From Octopus vulgaris (taxonomy: Eukaryota), in assembly GCA_951406725.2 (NCBI GenBank), contig OX597815.1, positions 15,810,001-15,874,000 of the forward strand: DNA of 64,000 nucleotides, in the 5' to 3' direction. Positions 40,570 through 51,900 of this stretch are shown here, piece by piece. Position 1 is the stretch's first letter, and each line of letters starts with the position of its first letter. The translations under genes and the position numbers were made by a program. Below the pieces are notes generated by a model that made no database searches, was not told the origin of the DNA, and was given only the letters and a program-made list of their open reading frames with translations.

Positions 40570-40920
40570 AGCACAATGGCCCAGTGGTTAGGACATAGGA
40601 CTCACGGTTGCAGGATCACAGCTTCGATTCCCAGACCAGGCATTGTGAATGTTTATTGAGTGAAAACACCAAAAGCTCCATGAGACTCCGGCAGGGGATG
40701 GTGGTGAACCCTGCTGTACTCTTCCACCACAACTTTCTCTCACCCTTTCTTCCTGTTTCTGTTGTCACACTCTGTGTCATGCTGAATCTCCGCCAGAACT
40801 ACGTTAAGGGTACACATATCTGTGGCATGCTCAGTCACTTGCACGTTAATTTCAAGAGCAGGCTGTACCATTGATCAGATCAACTGGAACCCTCATCATT
40901 GTAACTGACTGAGTGCCACA
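40570..40920 (+). mobile_element. tRNA-derived SINE family C
   Basis: A-box TGGCCCAGTGGTTAG and B-box-like GCTTCGATTCCC, followed by a ~300-bp body rather than a tRNA 3' end. Confidence 0.6.
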
Positions 40921-41473
40921 ACCTCACTAATGCTGTTGGTATGAGAAAGCACCCAGTACACTCTGTAAAGTGGTCAGCATTAGGAAGGACATCCAGCTGT
41001 AGAAATCACACCAAAGATGACACTGGAGCTTGGCAAGGCCCTGCAGGTCATTGGTTCCCTGTCAAATCATCCAACCCATGCCAGCATGGAAAGCAGACAT
41101 TAAATAATATAAATTAAAATGATTTATATTTTAATTTATTATACTATTTCTTTCTTGGTCAGTTTTCACCACTTTATTATCTTTGAATACTTAATATTAT
41201 TCTTTATGTTATTTTTCAGGTAGTTTAGAATTTGCTTCCTTATAATCTGACCATTGTGGTAATTTATAGTCAACCTAGACCTTTTCCGTTCTTTTGTCTG
41301 TTTCATTATTTGTATTTTGATTGTAATTGTATTTTGTCTGTGGATTTCGTGTGGTCTGTAAACTGTTGAAAATATGACACATCACTTTGGATATGCGTTA
41401 TCACACTGTGATGATGAAGGGATCATAAGAAGAATTTATTTAACCAATCACCCGAGGAGGCGCACCTTACACC

Positions 41474-41708
41474 TTGGATGCATGATAATGATTACACAAC
41501 ACCCTGTGAAATGTACTAAAGGTACAAAATGTGTCGAAACAATTGTTACATCTTGGATGCATGATAATGATTACACAACATCGGGTGAAATGTACTAAAG
41601 GTACAAAATGTGTCGAAACAATTGTTACACTTTGGATGCATGATAATGATTACACAATATCGGGTGAAATGTACTAAAGGTAAAAAATGTGTCGAAACAA
41701 TTGTAATG
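41474..41708 (+). repeat. Tandem repeat, 3 x 79 bp
   Basis: Unit TTGGATGCATGATAATGATTACACAAC...GTGAAATGTACTAAAGGTACAAAATGTGTCGAAACAATTGT starts at 41474, 41553 and 41632. Confidence 0.92.
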
Positions 41709-41889
41709 ATTTACAATAAAGATTATAGTTCATTCCATTTTCTTTTATTTGTGTTATATGGTCGATTTTTGAAAAGAATTTAGTATTTAATTTCGTGTGT
41801 GTGTATGTGTGTGAATGCGTGTATATTTATGAAATTGATAAGTTAGAAATAATTCAAGATAAAAATTTAGTTTTATTTTGATTAAAATA

Positions 41890-42655
41890 CCAGCGACACC
41901 ACGGCCGAATTTCTCACGTTTAGTGTCTCTGTCATTCACTCCATCTCCGTTTGTCGTTTTAGTTTTTTCCTCCACAGTAATCAGTGTGAAATACTTTGAT
42001 TTATATGTGAGATTACATAATATAAAATACATATTATAATGATTAGTTAGTTCAACAACGTGGAGAAGAGAGAAAAATTTATGTAGTTACATGGTCGCAA
42101 TCTCTAACTTTTTGGCAATCTTTCGTCTCTAGTAGACCTTAGAGACGAAAGATCGCCAACTTTTTTTTCTCTCTCTTCTTTCGTTAAAGAAGAGAAGCGA
42201 GACAAAAAGAAAGTCTAATATTTTGGTAGTCTTTCGAGGACTACTGACTTATATAATCAGTTATACCTAACACCGTGACCCCCTTTAGTATAGCGAAAAA
42301 CGAATATGAGTAGAAGCTCATTGACAACCAAGGAATTAAAGAGCTCTTCATAAATTACGTACAACAGTTATCTCCCGTATGCGTGTCTGTGTGTGCGCAT
42401 TCTGTTACACATTTTCTGATTGTTATGAATCATGGAACGACCGCAATTGAAATTTCACAGATTATTTGATGATTCACACGCGTATATGTATATATACCTC
42501 ACTTTATATAATACTGCATAACACATTTAGTATAGCTGTCAAATAATCTTTTTTTTTTTCCTTTTCTATTTCTGTCAGAATAATGTTTATTCGTTAGTTA
42601 TTGAAGCTGTCGGTGTTTGTTATTTATACAAAAGCGGAAGTTCTGGGTTCAAAGC
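41890..42655 (+). promoter_or_regulatory. Putative promoter/5' region of the TREX-like gene
   Basis: Repeat-free and visibly richer in CpG than the flanks. ETS-like GCGGAAGT at 42634-42641, just upstream of the ATG. The TSS cannot be determined. Confidence 0.45.
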
Positions 42656-42932
42656 ATGGCCACTCCATCGTCGTCTACATCGTCAATAACAACATCACCG
42701 TCGTCGTCTTCATCATCATCATTTTCATTCCGAAAGATCAACACGTTTGTTTTCTTCGACTTAGAAGCCACTGGACTGAACGAGACTGGAAACCGACCTA
42801 AGATCACTGAATTAGCTATGATTGCTGTAAGCCGGAGCGAACTATCGTACACCCGCCCTCGAGTATTGAACAACCTTCGCCTCTGTTTTTATCCCAACAA
42901 ACTAATCGCTCCAGCTGCCTCTAAACTCACTC
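42656..42932 (+). CDS. TREX1: TREX1/TREX2-family three-prime repair exonuclease (DEDDh), coding exon 1
   Basis: ATG at 42656, Ser-rich N-terminus, then FVFFDLEATGL (ExoI D-x-E), PKITELAMIAV and PRVLNNLRLCFYP, matching TREX1/2 motifs. Exon ends at a consensus donor C|GTAAGT (GT at 42933), phase 1. TREX1 versus TREX2 orthology cannot be resolved from sequence alone. Confidence 0.9.
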
Positions 42933-44623
42933 GTAAGTAAAAGTTTTTTCTTTTTAGCCCTGTTGTTGGTGAATCTGCGCTTTGTGCTTGGCTGAGAGAA
43001 GGAGACATACTTATATTGCACACACGCTTATCAATAAGAAACATTTACAAGCACACATGTACACAAATGTAATTTACCGTCGTGTATGCACATTGTCGTT
43101 AAAAGAAATTAAAGGGTGAATAGTTTTTTAAATGCATTTTTCGAAGAGAGATGCGATTCTGCATTAGCCCCATATTTTATATAAGAGTGGCATATTCGTG
43201 TCGACAAAAATGCCAACAGTTCTATTAATGGTCAAATGATAGAAAACAGTGCATCAAAACACCGAGAGAAACTATCGATAAATGCCAGCTATCTCGTAAA
43301 TACGGTAAAATTTGCTGTAAAGACATGTACATACACAGAATTGGACACACCTCCACAGGTGTGCATGACTTTGTTGCCTCATAACTTCCAGAAAAATAGA
43401 TATTCTTGAATGAAATTTTCTACAAATACGCCCTGTAGAAATTTTATCAAGTTCACACTCACATATAAGTATATATGAAATTAAATATTAAACTCTTGTT
43501 TTAGAAGTTGCCAAGACCCACATAAGAAGCCTATCCATCAGATATCAAACGTATTTGGTGAAATTTTAGTGTGACTGTCATCGCTTCCATTTTATTTCTC
43601 TTCTTTTTTTTTTGTTTTTGCAAAGATAATTTACTTTCACTTTTTTACGACGGTAAGCTATATGTTAACCTAACAGGTTAAATAAACATTAAGTGGGAGT
43701 ACAAACACATACAAATTACTTGACACTTTTTCGTTTCTGAGTTCACACAGAAGTATTAATGAACGAAAGTGTTCGATAATGTTCAATAATGGACTGCAAA
43801 GTGCGGATTAGATACTATAAAACATCCAGTGTCGTTCCCATTATTTCAGTTGGAGTCACTACATATTTTATGTTAACATACTTAATGAACATGATGAAAA
43901 CCTAGTTAATGAGTACCCAAATGTTCACAGAAGTTAGTACAAGTTGTTTCAAATGGGAGATGCAATACCATTTGTTCTAAATAAGACCCTTCACTACCGC
44001 ACTCGACTCTTTGTGGTGGTTGTAAGGAATCTGTTGGAAATTGCAGCGAAATCTTTAAATCATACCTTCTCGTCTTAAAAATGGAATGACATATTGGATA
44101 ATATAGACCTAAGAGGCAAGATGATCAGGTTTGGAATGCTTGTGACCACAGATTTCCATGGTCCAAATAAATGCACCACCAACTTCTCATCATCATCATC
44201 ATCGTTTAACGTCCGTTCTCCATGCTAGCATGGGTTGGACGGTTTGACCGGGGATCTGGGAAACCAGAAGGCTGCACCAGGCTCCAGTCTTATCTGGCAA
44301 TGTTTCTACAGCTGGATGCCCTTCCTAACGCCAACCACTCTGTGAGTGTAGTGGGTGCTTTTTACGTGCCACCTGCACAGGTGCCAGACAGAGCTGGCAA
44401 ACGGCCACAATCGGATTGGTGCATTTTACGTGTATATGATAATTGCAGAGTAGTTAGGAAAGTTTGATTTTGTAAATGTTCTTGAAGAATTTGGTTCTAT
44501 GTACTGGGTCTCTTTTATGCAGTGGCATCAACTTGGTGTGCATTCTACATGGTCATTCTGAAACTGCACTTAGTTTTCAAGGCTATTCTATTTCACCATT
44601 TCTGTATATGTTGGTTTTGAAAC

Positions 44624-44782
44624 TTCCATGAAAAATATGTCTGGCTATAGGAGATATTACCTTGCTTATAAACAGGTGAGGCTTGGTAGCAGGAAAAGCT
44701 GGATGCCGCTCCCATTGCCAAGTCTAACTTATTTTTACAAGCTAGGTAATATTTCTCATAGCCAGACATGTTTTTCATGGAA
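44624..44782. repeat. Inverted repeat (~70-bp arms) in the TREX intron
   Basis: TTCCATGAAAAATATGTCTGGCTAT...ATATTACCT versus AGGTAATAT...ATAGCCAGACATGTTTTTCATGGAA. Confidence 0.85.
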
Positions 44783-45639
44783 AACTGGAAGCAAACATCG
44801 TTTGTATGACAGTAATGCTTATATCAAGACAAGGGTACACATAAACACACAGACACACATAAATACATATATGATGTCTCTTTCAGTTTCTGTTTGCTAA
44901 ATCCACTCTCAAGGCTTTGGTCAGCCCTGCGCTATGGTAGAAGACACTTGCCTACATACACACACACACATTAGCTGACGTACCCAGTAATTCCCGGGTA
45001 AGAGGGGCTTATCCCTTAGTTTCGTTCTCATAATCGTTTCACTAATCCAATAACAAAAATATAAAATATGTAGCCCTTAAAACAGTTTTTGTGCATTTAC
45101 AGAGAATACCAAACTGTCTTACACAGGATCTTGTTTTTAGGAATTCCTAATAAGTTATGGATACCCAAAAAAAAAGTCAGTTATGTAATAACATGTAATA
45201 ACATTAGTTACCTGATAGTAAGAATTCAAATAAAGTAGCCCCGAAATATATGATGCTTTCTATAGAAAAGACTACTCTGGGATAAGTATAAGCACCTTTG
45301 TTATTGAATGCATACATATCAATAGAATGAGCGAAACAGTAAAAATATTCTTTTATTTGTTTGTCATAAGCCTGTGGTCATGCTGGGGCACTGATACAAA
45401 ACTTTTCTAAAGTTCAACATTTAATACTGTAATGCTGTTGTTATCTAGATTCTAGTGATGGAGTTTTGTTTCTTTGTTAGTAACTAGCTTTTCTTCTAAG
45501 AGGATGCTAGTTTCTAACAAAGAAGAAATCTCACAAATTCCATAGGTTACCAGCTATGACATTGAACAACTAGAACAGTATGTCCACCAAAATGACTCAC
45601 TTTTGGTTCCAAATAAAGTTCACATAAACTCAAACAATT

Positions 45640-46010
45640 GGTGACGTCTGACTCAGGAGGAATAGTTTTCTTTGTTATTTCTGGTAGAACAAGCAAAACT
45701 TTTTTGATCCAGACTTCATTCGCTCAAGCAATGGTCTCATTTGGAACTATTGTGGCTTTTGCTTGCTATTGGTGAGACTTCCCATTCTACCTATAAACTG
45801 CTTCTCAGTCTTTCACACAATGACAGTTGCATGCAATATTGACAAAGAGTCTAAACAGTCAGATGTTTTTAAAAAGACTAAGTAAAAATGTATGAATGGA
45901 CAATGTCTTACAGACTGACTTTTGGAGTTCTTGATCACACCTTGTAAGATGTCAAAAATTTTGCTTAAAGTTGGCCTTTTATTGTTCTGGTGTCGATATG
46001 GTTTGTTGTC
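45640..46010 (+). pseudogene. Decayed Helitron PIF1-type helicase fragment in the TREX intron
   Basis: Across frameshifts: GGIVFFVISGRTSKTFLI (Walker A, GGTGKTFL-like), AMVSFG.....GETSHSTYKL (GRTAHSTFKL-like), CNIDKES and LDHTL.D, in Helitron order. Confidence 0.55.
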
Positions 46011-48167
46011 CACTTCAGATTTGTGGCTAAGTGTCTAACAGAAGGAATAATGAGATGGCAAAAATCCGTAGAAAATCCAACTTAATTGCCTTGAAATATT
46101 TAGTTATGCTTTCCTATATTTTCAATTCAAACCCACCAATGTCAATTATTGCCTATTCTTATTCCAGAACCAATAAAAGTTTACCAGTCAAGTACTGGGT
46201 TGATATAGTTAACAATATCTTTCCCCAAAATTTCTAATCATAAGCCTTTAATAAAAATTATTATTTTTATAGTGGCATTAAAAGTAGATGACAAGAGTCA
46301 TTCTTCTGTTGGATTGTTTATTTCAGCTCATGTTGGTTTTGTGCCTTAACCTTTTACAGGCAATAAAACAAAGGCCACCTTTGTACTGAGAGGCAGTCAT
46401 CAATTCTGTGTTACTTGGTTTTTTTTTTTTTACATGGTACCAATACTAGTGAGAATCTCGTATCTCAGGGCTCAGACTAAGATCCCTTCTAATTGAACTG
46501 GGACTATATTGAGAGGAGGAGGAGGAGGAGGCAGCTTTATGCTAGACAATGCAAGATTAAAGTGTGAAAGAAAGGGCTGGAAGAGGTTTCTTGCTGCAGA
46601 AGAGATACATGGCTATTTACGTTATACAAGAATGGGTATGAGTAATGAAGAGTGGAGTTGGAAAGAGAGGTAAAGGTGGTGACATGGTATCAGTGTGAGC
46701 TCTCAAGGTACAAGAATGTAAATAGGAGTGGAGACAGAACTGGAAGTGGAAGTGTGAGTGTGCAGAGATTGCAAGAGTGTATGAGGAGGGTGAGGAATGG
46801 TTAGAGACAGATGGTAGAGGTGAGAGTGAATTGATCAAAAGAAAGCCTTATTACTTATATCTAAGGAAGTGAATGTTCATTAAATGTAATCTAGTCTGGC
46901 TTAAAGTTTTGTGGCATCCAAACTTTACTGCTTTTCTGTTTTGTAATCTAAGTTTTAGTGTTAACTAGGCTTTCCTGCATCCAGAGACTAGTAGAAAAAG
47001 TACCACCCATTGCAGTATTGGCTAGTTATGGATTAAAATAAAAGAGCAAACTTTCAATTTGCATTTACAAAACAGTTCTTACAACTATGACAAACATACA
47101 TAAGCATCTGTAATTAAAGAACACAAATCATGAAAGATACTTAGTTAAGTACTTCATGTAATTAACTACCTGAAATTGTTATTTTACCGCATTCAGTCAC
47201 CATATAAATAAAATATTTTTTGTCTTGTCTGTTCATCATTTGTGCATGTGTTCACACTTTAATTCTCATACTTGGTCTCCTCACTGTAACCCCACATGTC
47301 AACCCTGTACACCCCACCGTAACTCTCATACTTGTCCTTACTGTAACTCCAATGTGTCCACACTGTAACCTTACATGTCTACCCGTGGACATGTTTACAA
47401 AGTCAGAAAACAGCACAGCTCCCATGACTTTCGAAAACATTTTTTTCACATTAAGAGTTGCTGAAGCATGGAACAAACTGCCGGCATCAGTTGTTAGTTG
47501 TCGGAGCACTGCATCCTTCAAAACTTCCATGCTTCCTGAGATTCGCCAACAGTACACCTGATTTTCTCCCCTCCATACACATGCAAGCATGTATCTGACT
47601 CATACACTGTTCGCTTTCAAGACATTTGTACATTACTGCATATACTTTATACGCACTTTTGACAAGTTGTGGTTCACCTGAGCACTGTTTACAATCATCA
47701 TCATCATCATTTAGCGTCCGCTTTCCATGCTAGCATGGGTTGGACGGTTCAACTGGGGTCTGTGAAGCCAGAAGGCTGCATCAGGCCCAGTCTGATCTGG
47801 CATTGTTTCTACGGCTGGATGCCCTTCCTAACGCCAACCACTCCGTGAGTGTAGTGGGTGCTTTTTACGTGCCACCCGCACAGGTGCCAGACGGAGCTGG
47901 CAAATGGCCATGGACGGATGGTGCTTTTTACGTGCTACCGGCACGGGGGCCAGGCAAGGCTGGCAACGGCCACGATCGGATGGTGCTTTTTCATTATTAT
48001 ATATGTACAAAACTTCATTCAAGCACATGTTTAAGGCTTGTGAGCATTATTTGTTCTTTCTCTGACTGACTTGTAAAAACAAATGAAGGCTTCTATATTA
48101 CTGCTTTAATACTAACATTGTTAATTTCATTTTAATGATTTTTATGCTTTTGTTTTTACTTTTGCAG

Positions 48168-48865
48168 GTCTTTTCAATGATGCATTGCAGGACCAAAGCA
48201 TCTTTGATATTAACGCCTCTCAGCTTCTCAACTGTTTCTTAACCAGACTAAAGAAACCAGTCTGTTTGGTGGCCCATGGAGGAAATGATTATGATTTCGG
48301 TCTCTTACAAGCTGAACTTCGTTATGTGCGGGCAACACTGATGTTGGATCTTCTCTGTGTTGATACACTGAAGGCAGTGAAGGATTTAGACACCAAAAAA
48401 CCATCTATAATGACCACTCCAACTAAAAACTCAAAAATGATTCCAGTTACACCAAGGAAAGAACCAAAAAGAAATAACGATGATCCTTCCCAAACCCCCA
48501 ATAACTCACAAATTCAAGGAGTTGATAAAGCAAAAACTTGGCTTTGGAAAGGTATGGGCGACAGTGTTTTTCTGACCCCAAAATCAAGCCCTGAAAAGGT
48601 CAATAATTCAGATATATACAATTCAAATGAATCATTGGTTGATGATGAACCTCGTTGTAAAAAGGACAAAATCTCATACAAACTGGGAGACATTTACAGG
48701 CGAGAAACTGGAAGCGAACCTGTAAATGCACATTCTGCTGAGTCTGATTCCATGATGTTAATGACAATTATCATTAAGCGTAAGGATGAATTTCTTCCCT
48801 GGATGGACAAATACTCTGCTCCTTTTTCTTCTATAAGGCCTTTATATGAATACAATCAAAGATAA
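48168..48865 (+). CDS. TREX1: TREX1/TREX2-family exonuclease, coding exon 2 (terminal)
   Basis: Polypyrimidine tract and tttgcag acceptor ending at 48167; the phase-1 join keeps the frame of ORF 48185..48865. Motifs CLVAHGGNDYDFGLLQAEL (ExoII), CVDTL, SYKLGDIY and AHSAESD (ExoIII His/Asp); stop TAA at 48863-48865. Spliced CDS is 975 nt = 324 aa. Confidence 0.92.
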
Positions 48866-48949
48866 CTATTAGATTATTACATTAATAATTGAAGCCAAAA
48901 TTCCTAACTTGATTCTATGAGGTGTCAAACACACTTGAAACATTGTTAA

Positions 48950-48955
48950 AATAAA
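48950..48955 (+). promoter_or_regulatory. Candidate polyadenylation signal of the TREX-like gene
   Basis: First AATAAA after the stop codon, about 85 nt downstream. Confidence 0.35.
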
Positions 48956-51900
48956 TATCTAAACTGACATCAGTGCTTCAGTATACAATTTATATCTAGC
49001 TTCTGGAGCAAGATATTGTCTATACGTGTGCTGTTTTACTCAATTGACATAAACCTCTCAGAATCACTGAAGTCTCTATCTTCATCTGTGATGCTAATTG
49101 TGTAACTTAAGAATGACACAAACTACCGTTAAAACCAGTTTCATTCAGTGATAAACATCCCGATCATCAAACTTATTTCATCATCTTGTAAATACAGATT
49201 GTTATTAATCTATTTTTTCCTCAAAAATCTGCTCTATATTTCTGTACCTCTTTCAATTTCACTTTCATTATTCCATGCAAGCTTCTACTGTCACAAATTC
49301 CCAGAATGTAAATCTACCATCCATTGACGACTGCTGAGTTAACCCTTTCATTCACAAGAATTCAAAGTCAAAATATATTGGTACTATATATTTTTTTAAT
49401 TTGGAATTTGAGAGGACATTGTTTTTGTTATTGAGTGATATTCAGACCAGAACAGTTCTAAAATACTTCATGCCTAAATTTATCCATATCTATCAACAAT
49501 ATTTGTTATGGAACAGATTTCCTTTATTAGCATAGTATCATTATTTGTTGTGATTGCAATGGATATTTAGGATATTGAATATCATCTATTTGGTATATCT
49601 TCTCTTATCCTGAAAACCAGTGCTGTACCATCAAATATTTATTTTATCTAGATATGTCCGCACTGGCAACCCATGCAGTTTACATAATAGGTTTCAGAAA
49701 AATTAGTTCTCAGTTGAATCTTAACTGAAAACATGACAACATATTTTTCTATATCTTCATGTGATATACAGTATGCTAACATGAGACACTTCTGGTTAGT
49801 TCTGCTGAATCTCCCACCATGGCACATGGTAATTCTCTCTCTCAATATGACATGAGTGCTGAATGCTTATTCTACAATATAATTTTCAGTTATTACTAAA
49901 TTTTAAAATGGAATTTTTTTATCTCTGACTAAAATTTCAATCAGATTCTGCAAAAATTCTTTATTTAATCAAACGTCAATTCTCAAGCAAAAAACATAAT
50001 TTTGCTTGAATCGCCTCCACCAGTTTAACAGCAATTTTTATAACTATCAATAAAAATAGCTGGGGAAACTGTTCTCTAAACTAATCTGTCTTACCAACAG
50101 GGAAAGAATGATTAGAAACATGAATTATCTTTGGTGGAGATTTTTTTTTACATTAGGAGATTCTTTTGATTCAGTGCTTTTAATTTTGATACAGTCTTAA
50201 TTTAATTGACTTAAATGGAAGAATAACAGAATTTCAACATTTTGAAAAATCCATACTTTCCCTTGAGGTAGAATTTTAGAAATACATTAAAGAAGCATCA
50301 TTCAGTCATCTTCATTCACCATCATCGTTATGCTGATATCAGTATCAAATATATACCTAGGCATATAACCCAGTGATATTGTCGTGTTGTTACTTTTTTC
50401 TGTAAAATAACTCAATTTATGATAGAAATTTATAAAACTTGATAAAATGGAATTTTACATAATTACTTGAGAAAATGAAGTTTCTTATATGTATGTACAT
50501 ATATATATGTATATAATGGGAAGGTTTACGAAAATAAACAAAAGACGAAGGCAGGTGGAGTACAAACAAACAATGTATTAGTATGGCGCTCAGGAATAGA
50601 AATAAAACAAGTCTTTTACATTTCGAGCCTACGCTCTTCGACGGAAAGATACACAGAAAAGAAACAAGGAGAGAAAAAAATTGCATGTAGGGGCTAACAC
50701 ATACCTCTGCTGGTGCCATGTAAAAAGCACCCAATACACTCTGCAGAGTTACTGGTATTAGGAAGGGCATCCAGGTGTAGAAATGATGCCAAAACATATA
50801 GTTGGAGCCTGGTGCAACTCTCCAGCTTGCCAGCTCCTGTCAAACTCATGCTGACCTGGAAAATGGATGCAGGTGTGCTGTGTGGTAAGAAGTCTGTTAC
50901 TCATCCATAGGGTTCCAGGCTAAGGCCCACTGCATGGAATATTAGGCAAGTGTCTTCTGTTATGGCTTAAGGTCAACCAAATCCTTGTGAGTGGATTTGG
51001 TAAGCAGGAATGGAAAGAAGCCCATCGCGTGTATATATGAGTATATATATATATATATATATACCATATGAGTGAGATCATTGCCAGAGCAACAAGCTGG
51101 CCTCCATGCCGATGGCATGTTAAAAAAACCCATTCGAGTGTGATCATTACATGTGTTGCCTTACTAGCACTTGTGCTGGTGGCACGTGAAAAAACATTCG
51201 AGCGAGGTCGTTGCCAGTGCCGTTGGACTGGCTCCTGTGCAGGTGGCATGTAAAAAACACCATCTGAGCGTGGCCGTTGCCAGTACCATCTGACTGGCCC
51301 TTGTGTCGGTGGCATGTAAAAGCACCCACTACACTCTCGGGGTGATTGGCATTAGGAAGGGCATCCAACTGTAGAAACCCTGCCAGATCAGATTGGAGTC
51401 TGGTGCAGCTATCTGGTTCGCCAGACCTCAGTCAAATCGTCCAACCCATGCTTGCATGGAATGCGGGCGTTAAACAATGATAATGATGTGTGTATCTTTG
51501 TCTGTTTGTTGTCCAGCACTGCTTGACAACTATTGTTGATGTGTTTACATCCATATAACTTAGCAGTTTGGCAAAACAGACTGATAGAATTTATTAAGAA
51601 TAATAAGTTCTGGGGTCAGTTCATTCAACAAAATATTTCTTCAATGTGATGCCCCAGTGTGGCCACAGTCTAATGAATGAAACAAGATAAAAAGTAAAAG
51701 ATACATCATCATTGTATAACATCCGTTTTCCATGCTGGCATGGGTTGGACGGTTTGACTGAGTTATGGAGAGCCAGCGGCTGCACCAGGCTCCAATCTGA
51801 TCTTTCAATGTTTCTACAGCTAGATGCCCTTCCTAATGCCAACCACTCTGAGAGTGTAGTGAGTGCTTTTTATGTGCCACCGGCACAGGAGCCAGTCAGG

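Noticed and set aside
42112-42170. Rho-independent terminator (hairpin plus T-run)
   Set aside because: Eukaryotic context; recorded only as an inverted repeat.
42617-42655. Upstream TTG start given by the ORF track for TREX exon 1 (and TTG at 48185 for exon 2)
   Set aside because: Artefacts of alternative-start ORF calling; the ATG at 42656 and the splice acceptor at 48167 explain the gene.
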